Shown here one piece after another: positions 52,344 to 62,563 of a stretch of 64,000 nucleotides of DNA. The position numbers and the translations under genes are program-made. Numbering within the stretch: the first letter of the stretch is position 1; each line of letters opens with the position of its first letter. The stretch is taken from contig OZ245011.1 of NCBI GenBank assembly GCA_965223665.1, positions 2,112,001 through 2,176,000 on the forward strand. The letters run 5' to 3'. The notes below the pieces were generated by a model. It ran no database searches. It had not been told where the DNA came from and was given only the letters and a program-made list of their open reading frames with translations. The DNA comes from Nitrospinaceae bacterium (GTDB lineage: Bacteria; Nitrospinota; Nitrospinia; Nitrospinales; Nitrospinaceae).

Positions 52344-52871
52344 TTAACTGGAACCCATCTTTTTGACCAGGTCCATAAAATTGTTATTAGATCCCAATCT
52401 GGCGGCGCTTCCCAACAACGTATTGGCGAAGGCAAAGTCCGGCCGTTCTTGATCTGAACTGAACTGCAATAGTTGCGCATTGGCCCGGGCGTTATACTCG
52501 CTGATCTGATGCTCGAACACGCGGCGCTTGGTGTTGTCGCGAATCGTTCCCACATCGAATTCGCCGATGATACCGGTATCGGACATCAACTCCGCCGGTG
52601 TGCCGAAAGTCATGTCTATTCCCTGCGAGGCCAGTGCCGCTTTTTGGGCTCCCACGGTTTGTTTGATTTTTCGTCGATGGTCAAACTCTGCCTGTTTGCC
52701 GACACGTCGAGTATCTTTAATCCGCTCTTGCGCAATCTGTTGATTGTGTCTGGCGATTTGTGCCTGCATGGCCAGGCTGTCTTTTTTCGCCTGACTGGCG
52801 GCCCGATTGCCAAACGCGTTGCTCAATGCGCTTCCCACTGTCGTTGCAACAATCATTGCCGGGTGACACAT
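52344..52871 (-). CDS. Small internal virion protein (T7 gp14-like position)
   Basis: MCHP start, Ala/Gln-rich helix, GAQKAALASQGID..FGTP. Confidence 0.8.
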   Translation of the reverse strand: MCHPAMIVATTVGSALSNAFGNRAASQAKKDSLAMQAQIARHNQQIAQERIKDTRRVGKQAEFDHRRKIKQTVGAQKAALASQGIDMTFGTPAELMSDTGIIGEFDVGTIRDNTKRRVFEHQISEYNARANAQLLQFSSDQERPDFAFANTLLGSAARLGSNNNFMDLVKKMGSS

Positions 52872-52942
52872 ATGATTTACTCCTTTGTTATAAAATCTCT
52901 TTTATTCGCAATTGGCTTTTATCCACCGCGAATTCAACTTTC

Positions 52943-52984
52943 AAAAAAACGTGGGCCAACCTTGCACAATGCAGGCCAGCCCAC
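52943..52984 (-). terminator. Intrinsic terminator after the head genes
   Basis: GTGGGCTGGCCTGCA..TGCAAGGTTGGCCCAC followed by T7 on the minus strand. Confidence 0.7.
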
Positions 52985-52989
52985 TTGTA

Positions 52990-53151
52990 TCAAAACAGCT
53001 TGCGCAAAGGTTTTACTTTATTCACGCTGTCTTTGGATTTTTCAACGGGCTTCATCCATGAACCCAATTGCTTTTCATTCTTGATGGTAAACACGTCGCC
53101 TACTTCGCGAAGCTTCCCGAAGTAGCCGCGTTGCACTGCTTTCACTTTCAT
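52990..53151 (-). CDS. Small phage protein (53 aa) not in the ORF track
   Basis: MKVKAVQRGYFGKLREVGDVF...GSWMKPV; AAGGAG RBS; follows the cement gene. Confidence 0.7.
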   Translation of the reverse strand: MKVKAVQRGYFGKLREVGDVFTIKNEKQLGSWMKPVEKSKDSVNKVKPLRKLF

Positions 53152-53200
53152 ACAATCACTCCTTATTATTAATGAGGTTTATGAATGATAAACGCAGTGA

Positions 53201-53590
53201 TTAATAACTGTTCTGGTTACCACCGGTGATACCCGCGGTTACGGTATAGGTCGGACTGGTGCCGCCGAGGGTATAGTTCAAGCGGACGTAGCGTTCATCG
53301 GTACCATGGGGCACATAGTTCATACTCAATCGGTCCCCGGCAACTCCACCCGACACGCTGGTCGATTCCACAACGGTGGCTGAAGAAAATGAATCGTTGT
53401 CATCAACTTCCAAATCTACTTGCAGGGTTGGGGAAGTTCCACCAGCATCCACCGTCAGCTGAATCACAATAGGAATGGGTACACCGACGCCGATATCCCG
53501 GGCTACACCTAAATCCAATACATTTGCAGAGGCACCGCTAACGGTTAACGCCTGGTCCTCTGAAAAGATCGCTTCTTTGTCTAATATCAT
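53201..53590 (-). CDS. Capsid cement/decoration protein (Bbp16-like)
   Basis: MILDKEAIFSEDQAL..S.NVLDLG..RYVRLNYT..TVTAGI. Confidence 0.85.
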   Translation of the reverse strand: MILDKEAIFSEDQALTVSGASANVLDLGVARDIGVGVPIPIVIQLTVDAGGTSPTLQVDLEVDDNDSFSSATVVESTSVSGGVAGDRLSMNYVPHGTDERYVRLNYTLGGTSPTYTVTAGITGGNQNSY

Positions 53591-53644
53591 TTTTAAATCT
53601 CCTAATATTTATTTCGTTTTGTTATTTTTTATCACGCGATGGAG

Positions 53645-54652
53645 TTAAACAATTTGCGCTTCAGTGTTAAGAATCGCTTCACACTCGCGAACCGGCATAC
53701 CGCGGTAGGTCATGACTTCGCGTCCGCCAACTTCCATCGGACGCAATCGCGCAAAACTACTGGTGGTCGAAGCGGTTGGAGTAGAGGCAGCATCCAAAGC
53801 TTCCAGCACATCTTTGTTACAATAGATAGCCGCACGGCCGTTAGTGACGGTGCGCTGATATAACGCATAGTAGGCCTGCCGCATGAATTTATAGATGTCG
53901 ACGTTACCCGCCTGCAGTTCAGACACATCAATATTGGCAATGCGCGCGATGTAACGGTAATCACGAACCGACAATCCTAAATCCCAACAGAATTTTTCCC
54001 GGTGCACATCGTACACGGTTCCATCCGGATTAGTTTTAGTCACCTTTCCTTTATCCTCACGATCCAACCCGGCTTTGGTGCCTTTGGGGTAGATGCCATG
54101 ACAGGTGCGTTCGCCCCAAACCACAAACCACACGCTGGTGTTGTCCGATCCGGTTCCACCGGCATCGATGATCTGACCGGAAGTTTCGTTACCGCTGAGC
54201 GCACTGAAGCGAGGGGCAAAGCCCATAAACTTTTCAGGGTCAGTTCCAGTGTCACCATAAAACACGGTGCTGGCCATGGTGTTGTTCATGCCTTCGATAA
54301 ATCCGGAAGATTCATTGAGGCGGAACTGTCCCGGATTTTTTGCCAACTTAACAAGTTTTGAGTCAATCTCACTCCACGCTTCCAGCATTCCGGTGGTATC
54401 TTCCACCTGCTTGTTGGTGGTTTTGGTGGGTTGCACACCCTGGTACAACAACCGCCACACGCCGGCAGGAATACCGGTACGCACGGTGGTTAAATGCTTG
54501 GTGCCGTTGTTGCATTCCATCACAATCATATCTTCCAGGATCGGATTGGTTTGGCTCATCTGTTCGATGATCGCTGCGGTGATGCCGCCCATGCCGTCCT
54601 GTTGTTTATACAAATCCATCAGGGTTAAATAGGTATTTCCTAATGTTGCCAT
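53645..54652 (-). CDS. Major capsid protein (BPP-1/epsilon15-like)
   Basis: LSQTN-like MSQTNPILED, HLTTVRTGIP..WR, FYGD...PEKFMG, IIDAGGTGSDNTS, RDYRYIARIANID. Confidence 0.93.
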   Translation of the reverse strand: MATLGNTYLTLMDLYKQQDGMGGITAAIIEQMSQTNPILEDMIVMECNNGTKHLTTVRTGIPAGVWRLLYQGVQPTKTTNKQVEDTTGMLEAWSEIDSKLVKLAKNPGQFRLNESSGFIEGMNNTMASTVFYGDTGTDPEKFMGFAPRFSALSGNETSGQIIDAGGTGSDNTSVWFVVWGERTCHGIYPKGTKAGLDREDKGKVTKTNPDGTVYDVHREKFCWDLGLSVRDYRYIARIANIDVSELQAGNVDIYKFMRQAYYALYQRTVTNGRAAIYCNKDVLEALDAASTPTASTTSSFARLRPMEVGGREVMTYRGMPVRECEAILNTEAQIV

Positions 54653-54672
54653 GTTCTTTTTCTCCTATGAAC

Positions 54673-54735
54673 AAAAAAGCCCGGCCCTTGAGCGCGAACG
54701 CATCAAGAACCGGGCATCGTGGTTACGGTGGTCCC
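54673..54735 (-). promoter_or_regulatory. Conserved attenuator-like leader, copy 3, directly before the capsid gene
   Basis: GGGACCAC-CGT/ACG hairpin-GCCCGG..CCGGGC-T6. Confidence 0.65.
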
Positions 54736-54888
54736 GTTCAGTTAATGAGTATTCCTACTCGGCTAAATTTTCTACCTTTTCAATTTTCACCTTGCGGGAA
54801 ATCGACCCAACGTGAAAATCCACGCGAATGGAACCGGTGAACTTTTTTAACATCAGGTCGCGTATTAACTGAACCAGTTGATGAAACA

Positions 54889-55629
54889 TTAATAGGTGTT
54901 TCCTTTTTCGTTAGGGTAAAGGATTTCGGCGGGACTTTTCGCCTGGTTGCCCGTGCGGGAACCGGATACATATCCATCCTCGCTGAGACCTTTACCGACA
55001 CGATACAGAAAGCGAATGAACTCCGGATGGTCACCTATGCCTAACTCCTCAGACAGCACTTGCAGTTGAGACCACGGTCGGCCTCTTTCATCCACATAGG
55101 GTTTGCCATGAGGACTCATCAAGGGCTTGCCGTTTTTATCCAAGGCGGGCGGGCTGAACCGGTCCATCGCTTGCTTAGCGACTCCCAGCTTTCCCGATAA
55201 ATTATCGCCGCCGATTTCGCTATCGGCTTTGACGGTATCTATCCACTGAGTTCGCTCCTGTTCAAAAGCATGATCTTCCATTTCCATCAAACGGTCCTGG
55301 ACATTGAAAAAATAATCAACGCCCGCTTGCGTTTGCTGTTGCGTTAAGCCATAACTGTTGGCCAACTCGGAAATTTCATTAAAATGCTCCTGATTCATTT
55401 CCACCCCTTCGGGAATATTAAACGGCTCGTAATAATCGAGCGTTCCTTCTTTTCCATGAAAGTCTTCCTTCTCCCGGGGGGAATTGTCTCCGGCGGGTTG
55501 AGTGTCGCCGGTGTCGTGGCTGCCTCCATCTTCTTTGTACAAGATAGAAGCGGCCGTTTCATCACCTACCGATTGAGTGTTATTTTGTTCGGTCGGATAC
55601 AGTATTTCGGCTGTCATAAAATTCTCCAT
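54889..55629 (-). CDS. Capsid scaffolding protein
   Basis: Acidic; LTQQQTQ, D.EIGG, G.HPEFIRFLYRVGKGLSED, C-terminal AEILYP. Confidence 0.8.
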   Translation of the reverse strand: MENFMTAEILYPTEQNNTQSVGDETAASILYKEDGGSHDTGDTQPAGDNSPREKEDFHGKEGTLDYYEPFNIPEGVEMNQEHFNEISELANSYGLTQQQTQAGVDYFFNVQDRLMEMEDHAFEQERTQWIDTVKADSEIGGDNLSGKLGVAKQAMDRFSPPALDKNGKPLMSPHGKPYVDERGRPWSQLQVLSEELGIGDHPEFIRFLYRVGKGLSEDGYVSGSRTGNQAKSPAEILYPNEKGNTY

Positions 55630-55909
55630 ACAATTTAAATAATTCCATCGGATCTACTTCCGAGATTTCATCTTGTATTTTCAAACCGACATTGCGCATG
55701 CCCTCGTTCAGGTACGTGGTGGAATTGCCGGTGAACGTGGTTTTGAACATGTAGCAACTTTCTAAAATTCTTAGAAGGAAGCGCCGGCCCGCAGGCAATT
55801 TCAACAGTTCCTTGATGTCTTCCTGAGCTCGGGCCTTCCGTAGCGCGGATTGTTTTTCTTCTTCCCGCCGCAGTCGTTCCCGTTCTTCCATGTAACTTTT
55901 GTTGGGCAT
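55580..55909 (-). CDS. Bbp19-like phage protein
   Basis: D...L...AGRRFL.RIL..C......F.GNS...NEG.RNVGL. Confidence 0.8.
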   Translation of the reverse strand: MPNKSYMEERERLRREEEKQSALRKARAQEDIKELLKLPAGRRFLLRILESCYMFKTTFTGNSTTYLNEGMRNVGLKIQDEISEVDPMELFKLYGEFYDSRNTVSDRTK

Positions 55910-55910
55910 A

Positions 55911-57569
55911 CTAATTTCCGGTTAACATTTGTTTAATATCGGTCAACGCATTGGCACCTCCGGTGTCGGTCTCCGAAAGTGTCTTCGCTGCGTCGGCCGT
56001 TTCCATCATGCCCTGCATCTGCTGCATCATGGCTTGTTGTTGATCTTCTTTCTTACGAATGAGCGCGACTTGTTCATTGGCGACGATCACATGGGAAGGC
56101 ACCCCATACATATCCGCCAATTCGTCGACCAGAACATCAAAATTAACTTTGCCGGTTGCACGTGGAAAAAGCTGACTGATAGAACCCACGGAACCCAGCA
56201 AACGCTCAATCCCGTTGATGCCTACCGACTTCTGCGCCTGGGCCAACATGCCGACGAACTCAACGGTTAGATCCATGCCGGACATTTCCTGCGGAATCGG
56301 TGGGAACAAATCATTCTCCATGGCCAACTCAAAAGCGATGTCTATGAGCGGACCACCGATTTCGTTCTGCCCGCGCTCCAGCACCGGTCCCAGGATCAGC
56401 AACTTCTCGGAATGTTTTTCCTCGATTTCACGAGCCGTGACTTGACGCCGATCCGACAGCGCGATCATTTGAAACAAATCGGTAAAGAAAGTCGTTCGGA
56501 TTCGATCCCGAATATCCTGAATGTCCAGGAGGATAGGATTCAGATCAACGTTCACTTCGAACGCGGTTCGAATCCCACCTGCCGGATGGTTCTGGTCATA
56601 AAAGGTTTTACCACCGGGCAGGACATCGCTCGAATCCTTCAACGAAGAAGGTATCTGCAACGGCGGATCGGTTTTATAATCGATGGCATTGCTTTTCTTC
56701 AACTGGTCGAACTGCAACTGTTGAATACTGCCCAACGCCTGCATGCCGGGACCGTGGCCGTAAATATCCTGACCTCGGGTGACCCATCGGGGAACCAGAC
56801 CGGGAAAATTACGATACCCGCTCTCCCGCAAAAACTTGTCCTTCTCGTTGGTCTTGGCTTCATAGTGCACCGACATGAAGGGCATGTTTTTATTGTCATG
56901 CTTTTTATGATCGCGTTCTCGACGCGGCTCGATGGCATGGATCACCGTCACCCAATCGTCATAGCGACCGTTGTTGTAACGATCCTTGACGCGCTGGCTG
57001 ACGTTTTCCAATCCATATTCCTGAACCAACGCCGCCACCTGCATATCAAACTCGCGGTAGAGCGTATCCACTTCGCCGCGATTATTGTTGGCGATGTAAT
57101 ACTCTCCCACGGTTTGAGGATGGAGGCGGATGACATCTTTAAAGTCGCGTGTCACCACGGCGCTGGCGGTGCCGAACGCACCGCGCTCTTCATACATTCC
57201 ATGAAGAACGCGATACGTATTGGATCCGTTGAATATGGCCATCAAAACGTCGCGAGCCGCATCCATCCATTGACGGATGGGCCCGAACTTTGCACGATCT
57301 TTGTCCGGAGAACCCAGGCGGAACCAATTCTTTGCAGGGCTGGTTTCTCCGGCCATTTCCCCCGCAGCCAACACTCCTAACGCATGACTCGCAGTTTCAT
57401 CGATAATCTCGTTGAAGTCCCGTTTCTTGTTCCGTTCGGTGGTTAAGAACCGACCGCTCACCGGAAGAAGGTGCGAGCTGATACTGCGGTACACACTGTC
57501 GAAGGTCGACCGTTCCGTCTTCATCGATTTCAATCGTCTGTTATGGTACTCTCGTTTTGATTCTGCCAT
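55911..57569 (-). CDS. Portal / head-to-tail connector
   Basis: TSPAKNWFRL, VDTLYREF, PRW....YG.GPGM.AL, TAREIEEK..EKL.ILGPVLER. Confidence 0.93.
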   Translation of the reverse strand: MAESKREYHNRRLKSMKTERSTFDSVYRSISSHLLPVSGRFLTTERNKKRDFNEIIDETASHALGVLAAGEMAGETSPAKNWFRLGSPDKDRAKFGPIRQWMDAARDVLMAIFNGSNTYRVLHGMYEERGAFGTASAVVTRDFKDVIRLHPQTVGEYYIANNNRGEVDTLYREFDMQVAALVQEYGLENVSQRVKDRYNNGRYDDWVTVIHAIEPRRERDHKKHDNKNMPFMSVHYEAKTNEKDKFLRESGYRNFPGLVPRWVTRGQDIYGHGPGMQALGSIQQLQFDQLKKSNAIDYKTDPPLQIPSSLKDSSDVLPGGKTFYDQNHPAGGIRTAFEVNVDLNPILLDIQDIRDRIRTTFFTDLFQMIALSDRRQVTAREIEEKHSEKLLILGPVLERGQNEIGGPLIDIAFELAMENDLFPPIPQEMSGMDLTVEFVGMLAQAQKSVGINGIERLLGSVGSISQLFPRATGKVNFDVLVDELADMYGVPSHVIVANEQVALIRKKEDQQQAMMQQMQGMMETADAAKTLSETDTGGANALTDIKQMLTGN

Positions 57570-57772
57570 TAGGGTGCCAATATACTTTTTCCCGTATTGA
57601 GTGAACTGTCATCAATACCGGAAGTTCCGGTTAATAAAGTGGATCGTTGTCCCTTTCCGACTCTTCCGCGTCGCCTTCTTCGTAACGAAGTGCCCAACTC
57701 ACTGGAGGGAGCCTTGGCCAACTGCGGCGGAGGTGGAGGGGGAGGAGGAGGGGGAGGAGCGCCACCACACAT
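57569..57772 (-). CDS. Small Pro-rich phage protein upstream of the portal
   Basis: MCGG-polyPro, Arg-rich, STLLTG; stop overlaps the portal start. Confidence 0.75.
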   Translation of the reverse strand: MCGGAPPPPPPPPPPPQLAKAPSSELGTSLRRRRRGRVGKGQRSTLLTGTSGIDDSSLNTGKSILAP

Positions 57773-57776
57773 AATG

Positions 57777-58136
57777 TTATCTCCTTGATTTTAAGAGCGA
57801 GGAATCGCTCGGGTTAGTATTGGGATTATCCATCCCGGTAGGACTACTGAGTAACGTGGGCCGAGGCGTTGCCAGAGACCGGGCCCGCGCTTTACGTTTC
57901 TTTAATACGGCTTGCACATCCGGATTCGGAGTTTTATTTTGATTTTGGGTCGCACCGACAATATTTTGAAACGATGAATTATTTCCGATTTGAGGACCTC
58001 TTACCACATCGACAACGCTTTTCACCTGAGAAAACGGGTCCAAAGGCATTCCTGTTGCGCGGCTGACTTCGGAAAGCCCACCCGTGGCGATTCCTGCGCC
58101 CACTCTAAAAATTGTTCCAAACGTGCCACCACACAT
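57777..58136 (-). CDS. Paralog of the MCGG small protein
   Basis: MCGG start, basic patch plus RPTLLS; AGGAG RBS. Confidence 0.7.
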   Translation of the reverse strand: MCGGTFGTIFRVGAGIATGGLSEVSRATGMPLDPFSQVKSVVDVVRGPQIGNNSSFQNIVGATQNQNKTPNPDVQAVLKKRKARARSLATPRPTLLSSPTGMDNPNTNPSDSSLLKSRR

Positions 58137-58251
58137 AATTTTTCTCCTATGGTTTAAAAGCGTTATTGCCCCATTCGGTTTAAATTTAAGAGGATAAAAC
58201 TATTTTGAATTTACCGTTGCTTCCCGCCGCCAATTATTATAAAAAGTAGTT

Positions 58252-58731
58252 ATGAGACCGATCTTGATGACATTTGTAGTTGTTGGCTTGCTATTAGGCA
58301 GCGCCTCTTTGGGAAGTGCCGCTGATCAGAATTACATTATCGAGAACTGCGATCGCGAACAACTTTGGGCGGAAATTTTGAAGGATATTCGTTGGCGCGC
58401 CCCGGAAGAAACCAAGTTCATTGAAGAACATATTCAACCAACCAAAAATCGCCCCAAGCTGAGTGAAAAAGATTACCAAGACATCGAGAAAATGGATAAA
58501 GACATTCGCTGGTATGCCTCCGAATGCATTTTGCTAATGAAAGAAATCAATAAATTTTTGGGGGCGATTCATTCTAAAAACCCCAATATGGGTTCGCGGT
58601 TAGCCTTTACAATTGATGGGACCTTAGTTAAATTTGAAATCCCATTTGATAGATCCTTCAATCGACAAAATAACCTTAAACCTTTCTTTGAATTTAAATA
58701 TTACCTTTATATGCCTTTCGGAAAGCTTTAA
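58252..58731 (+). CDS. ~160-aa exported protein family, copy 4
   Basis: AADQNYIIENC, WYASECILLMKEIN. Confidence 0.85.
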   Translation: MRPILMTFVVVGLLLGSASLGSAADQNYIIENCDREQLWAEILKDIRWRAPEETKFIEEHIQPTKNRPKLSEKDYQDIEKMDKDIRWYASECILLMKEINKFLGAIHSKNPNMGSRLAFTIDGTLVKFEIPFDRSFNRQNNLKPFFEFKYYLYMPFGKL

Positions 58732-58808
58732 GATATTCTGCCGGGGATAAGTTATTCAGGCCTGGTTATTTAGTCTTGATTGATATCTGTGTGATATAAA
58801 ATTTGGTT

Positions 58809-59288
58809 ATGAGACCGATCTTAATTTTATTAATAGTTACCGGCTTACTTATGAGTGTGCCACAAACCGGAAACGCTGCCGATCAGAATTACATTATTGA
58901 AAACTGCGACCGGGAATGGCTTTGGGCTGAAATTTTGAAAGACATTCGCTGGCGAGCACCGGAAGAATCTAAGTTTATTGAGGAACATATTAAACCCACC
59001 AAAAATCGCCCAAAGCTTACAGAAAAGGACTTCCGGGATATCGATAAAATGGACAAAGAAATCCGTTGGTATGCCTCCGAATGTATTTTACTGATGAAAG
59101 AAATTAATGAATTTTTGGGGGCTATTCATTCTAAAAATTCCCGAATGGGATCACGATTAGCATTTACAATTGATGGCACTTTAAATAAGTACGATATTCC
59201 TTTTTTCAGGGATTTTAATAGAGAAAACAATCTAAAACCATTTTTCAATTTTAGGTATTATCTTTATAAGCCTTTCGGAAAGCTTTGA
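58809..59288 (+). CDS. ~160-aa exported protein family, copy 5
   Basis: Close paralog of copy 4. Confidence 0.85.
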   Translation: MRPILILLIVTGLLMSVPQTGNAADQNYIIENCDREWLWAEILKDIRWRAPEESKFIEEHIKPTKNRPKLTEKDFRDIDKMDKEIRWYASECILLMKEINEFLGAIHSKNSRMGSRLAFTIDGTLNKYDIPFFRDFNRENNLKPFFNFRYYLYKPFGKL

Positions 59289-60187
59289 GATATTCTGCCG
59301 GGGATAAATCGTTCTTATTTGGTCGTGTATTCATGAATGTAAGCTTTTAAACTTCATTAATTTTATCTCCTGCTCCCTTACCCAGAGTATTTTCGGCTTC
59401 CTCTCTCGCTTTTTCTACATCATTCGCCCCTATTTTGTACTCCAATACCATGAACCCGATCCGATCATCCACATATTTATAACGTTTCCAACCATCAAAA
59501 AATAATGCTTGTCCTGCAATGATATTGGCTTCATTTTTATCGCGAATTTCTTTGGAGGTGAAACCCGTATTTAGATTTTTGGCGATTAAATCTGCTGTTT
59601 TTTTAACTATTTGCATCAATCCGGAAGCTGTGGAATTTGGATTTTTTACTTTTTGCCTGAAACTGGATTCAATTTGAATTAACGATTTTGTGATTCGACT
59701 CGCTTCTTGAATAGGAACCGGATAACTAAATTTCTTATGAGTTTTAGCGGTAATTAAATCCCACCGAATGTTTGACCTCCTTCACCGTACCGAATTTATA
59801 ATTGGGATTAAATTTTCCCTGCTGAACGGGTGGCTGGCTCGGACCTTTCGGTGCATTGACGATGGCCTGCTGCATTGCCCAGTCCATTTGCGGGTTGCCG
59901 GTGGCCAAGGAGTCCGGACTGCCGGGTAGCGGTTTGTTGGGATCCTCGGTGTTGTATAAAATACCGGGATCAATCGATCTCTCCGAGGCTGGTAGACTTT
60001 CCTTAGCCGTGAAGTCTTGACTCAATAAAGTCGGTCTTCGATTTCTTCGTCTTCCTTTTTTAGTGCCAACCCGGCGGTCATCCTTTTTTCCGGAGCCATC
60101 TCCGTAAAGGATTTCCGCCATCTCTTCCCATCTTTCCCGCTCTTGCAGATTGGATCTGCCATATCCGCTTAAATTAATTCTTCCCAT
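59251..60187 (-). pseudogene. Lytic transglycosylase (SLT)-tipped protein with a frameshift (~59760) and an in-frame stop (59347)
   Basis: Reconstructed LIQIESSFRQKVKNPNSTASGLMQI..NIIAG; frame continues past TAA to ..EYLKAFRKAYKDNT* at 59251. Confidence 0.8.
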
Positions 60188-60258
60188 TTATTTCCTCATG
60201 TCAGCGATAATTTTTAGCCAATTCTTTAAGGTCAATTGATGTGATTGAATATTTAGTT

Positions 60259-60470
60259 GTGAGACCGATACTGATGATATTTGTAGTTGCCTATTTAATT
60301 ATGGGTGAGCCGCACATCAGGCACGCTGCCGACCAGAATTATATTATTGAACACTGCGACCGGGATGGGCTTTGGATTGAGATTTAAAAGACATTCGCTG
60401 ATGCGATAATGTTTCTGGCTGACGAAAGAAATCAATAAAATGATCTTGGATATTCATAAAAAGAATACAG
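60259..60470 (+). pseudogene. Decayed copy of the ~160-aa family
   Basis: RPILMIFVV..AADQNYIIEHCDR..LW.EI* and KEINK remnants. Confidence 0.7.
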
Positions 60471-60672
60471 GAATATCAATTGTAACCGGTCTTGTTATTA
60501 AAAGGTTCCGGAGCCTAAGGCTGTTATTTTTCGCAGAGGATGCGGTAGAGCCGGCCCCGCCTCAACTCCAGTTGGCCACAAAATCTCATTTTCGAGATTA
60601 TAGGAGATCGATTCTACTGAGCCGAACATAAAGTTTTAGGTTGCCCGAACTATTTAGTTTTTATACCTTATC

Positions 60673-60701
60673 ATTATACCAAGACTTACCCCGTTTGTCT
60701 G
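60673..60701 (-). promoter_or_regulatory. Third copy of the structural-module promoter
   Basis: CAGACA-N17-TATAAT with CTTGGTATAAT as at 23134 and 31323. Confidence 0.6.
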
Positions 60702-60929
60702 ATTTTTTTTAAAGTTTAAATTAAATTCGAGGCGGGTTTTAAATTAGAAAACCACCGCTTTTTTTAAAGCCAATGGTGGGAGATAACTCCCTCTAGCGAA
60801 AGAGGCAGCATTCATTCTCGATGGCAGCGTGACGCTGCACTCAAATTTTATTAGCGATGTGTTGTCTTGCAAACTGGATCCTCAGAAACTTTTCATCATT
60901 TGATGCTTCCTCCAGATTATAATTTTGAA

Positions 60930-61144
60930 CGATGGCCCATGTATTCCCTCTTTTTTAAAGAGGGTCAGGGTGATTCACCGCCTGGGGTTTTAAGAATAAG
61001 GAAAAATCCCCCCAGCCCGCAGGCCAACGCCTGCCAGTAAAATTCATTTTCGGAAATGTTTTGCCATCAAGATATCTCCAGAAACTTTACGAATATTCCT
61101 GTTGCACCCAATCGCTGGATTGGGAAAGAGGGAACGCATTGATC
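60930..61144. repeat. Two REP-like repeats in opposite orientation
   Basis: CCCTCTTTTTTAAAGAGGGTCAGGGTGATTCACC and AATCCCCCCAGCC...GGAAAGAGGGAACGCAT. Confidence 0.65.
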
Positions 61145-61269
61145 TTCGTCCATTATTTTTCTCTAAAGGTCAACTTAACTTACGGAATTGTTCTGTGGAT
61201 TCGGCATTCGCAACCGATCATCGCGAATTAAATTTGCCTCCAATCGCTAGATTGGTATAATCATTAGTT

Positions 61270-61752
61270 ATGAAGCGAATCTTGTTTACATTGTTAATGG
61301 CTGTGGTTCTAATTGGTGGGATTGTGGTGGATGGTGTGCTGGCAGCCGACCGGGACTACAAAATCAAAAACTGCCAACGCACTAAAGTGTGGCCGGAGAT
61401 ATTGGATCATATTCGTTTAGGCAATCCAGAGTTAAAAGATTTTATTGAAAAAAACATCAAACCGACTCGGGAAGATCCATTATTGAGCAAGGACGACTTT
61501 CAAGAAATTGAACGGTTGGATAAAAACATTCAGTGGTATGCCGCCGAGTGTGTCCTTCTAATGAAGGAAATAAATATCTTAGTCAAAGCAGTTCATGAAG
61601 TAGATCCTGAAGAAACATTTTTTATTGCCAATCCAATTTATAGAATACTTGGAAAACTTAAAATTCCTGTTATAGTAAACTCCAAGGGAGTTAATGATCT
61701 TGCTGTTTTCTCTTTTAACTTCTCTCCTTTTTCTCCGGAAGAAACTTATTAA
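61270..61752 (+). CDS. ~160-aa exported protein family, copy 6
   Basis: Same motifs; 38-nt overlap with 61715. Confidence 0.85.
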   Translation: MKRILFTLLMAVVLIGGIVVDGVLAADRDYKIKNCQRTKVWPEILDHIRLGNPELKDFIEKNIKPTREDPLLSKDDFQEIERLDKNIQWYAAECVLLMKEINILVKAVHEVDPEETFFIANPIYRILGKLKIPVIVNSKGVNDLAVFSFNFSPFSPEETY

Positions 61753-62448
61753 CCATTTCTTTAATTTCATTTGGTATTTTTTGCAGGACCAATTCAAAGT
61801 TTATTTTTTTTCCTACATTTTGTCCATTTACATTCTTTAAAATCCGGTCCATGGGTTTTTCTCCAAGAAAAAAATTAATTAAAGCAAACCCAAAAGGATT
61901 GTCCGTATTGTTATTATATAGAGGCTTATAATATTTGGTTAACAACCAAACCGCTCCCTCGATGTTTTCGAAGTTGTTGTTGAGGATGTCTTTCTCTGAA
62001 TAGCCCAGGTCACTTTTGGTGGCGATGATCTTCGCCTGCCGTGGCGTGAGCGCCATCGGCCCACGAGGAATCTCCTTATCCCGCACTTTCCATTTCACTT
62101 CCGACCGGTCCATCGCTAACTGCTCGAACAATTTCCGCCTTTCTCGAGTGACGGGTTTCGATTGATATGAACTCCCACCCAAAGACACATCCACCGCCTC
62201 GGCCCCTGCGAAAACCCTGCTTCTATTGCTTTGAACACCGAATCGAGATCGGTATTTTTTGAAGAAGAGAAAGCAAACACGTTTTGGATCGCTTCTGAGG
62301 TTTTACTTTTCCATTTTGCCGACCCGGTTCGCGGCAGGGTATAGCGCATCTCCATTATATTTTGATAGGTGATCGATTTGCCCTGCTCCATTAATCGGAA
62401 ACCGATGGCTTCCAAACCATCCTCCGAAAGGTGCAGCCCTTCACCCAC
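61715..62448 (-). pseudogene. Orphan C-terminal cassette of an ejection protein (SLT-like tip), frameshifted
   Basis: 62116-62448 AIGFRL...ITYQNIME aligns to AIGEKL...LTMQNIAE of 44393; 61715-62194 GPMALT..NIEGAVWLL..FAL. Confidence 0.7.
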
Positions 62449-62563
62449 TGCATTTATATTTTTTTCTATAGATCGAATTTCATTTTGCCGCCGATTCGAT
62501 ATTTTAAATAAATGAAAGAAAATTAATTTACCTCCAATCGTTAGATTGATATAATTACTGGTT

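Noticed and set aside
56412-57380. 322-aa plus-strand ORF and similar antisense ORFs
   Set aside because: Shadow frames of well-supported genes such as the portal
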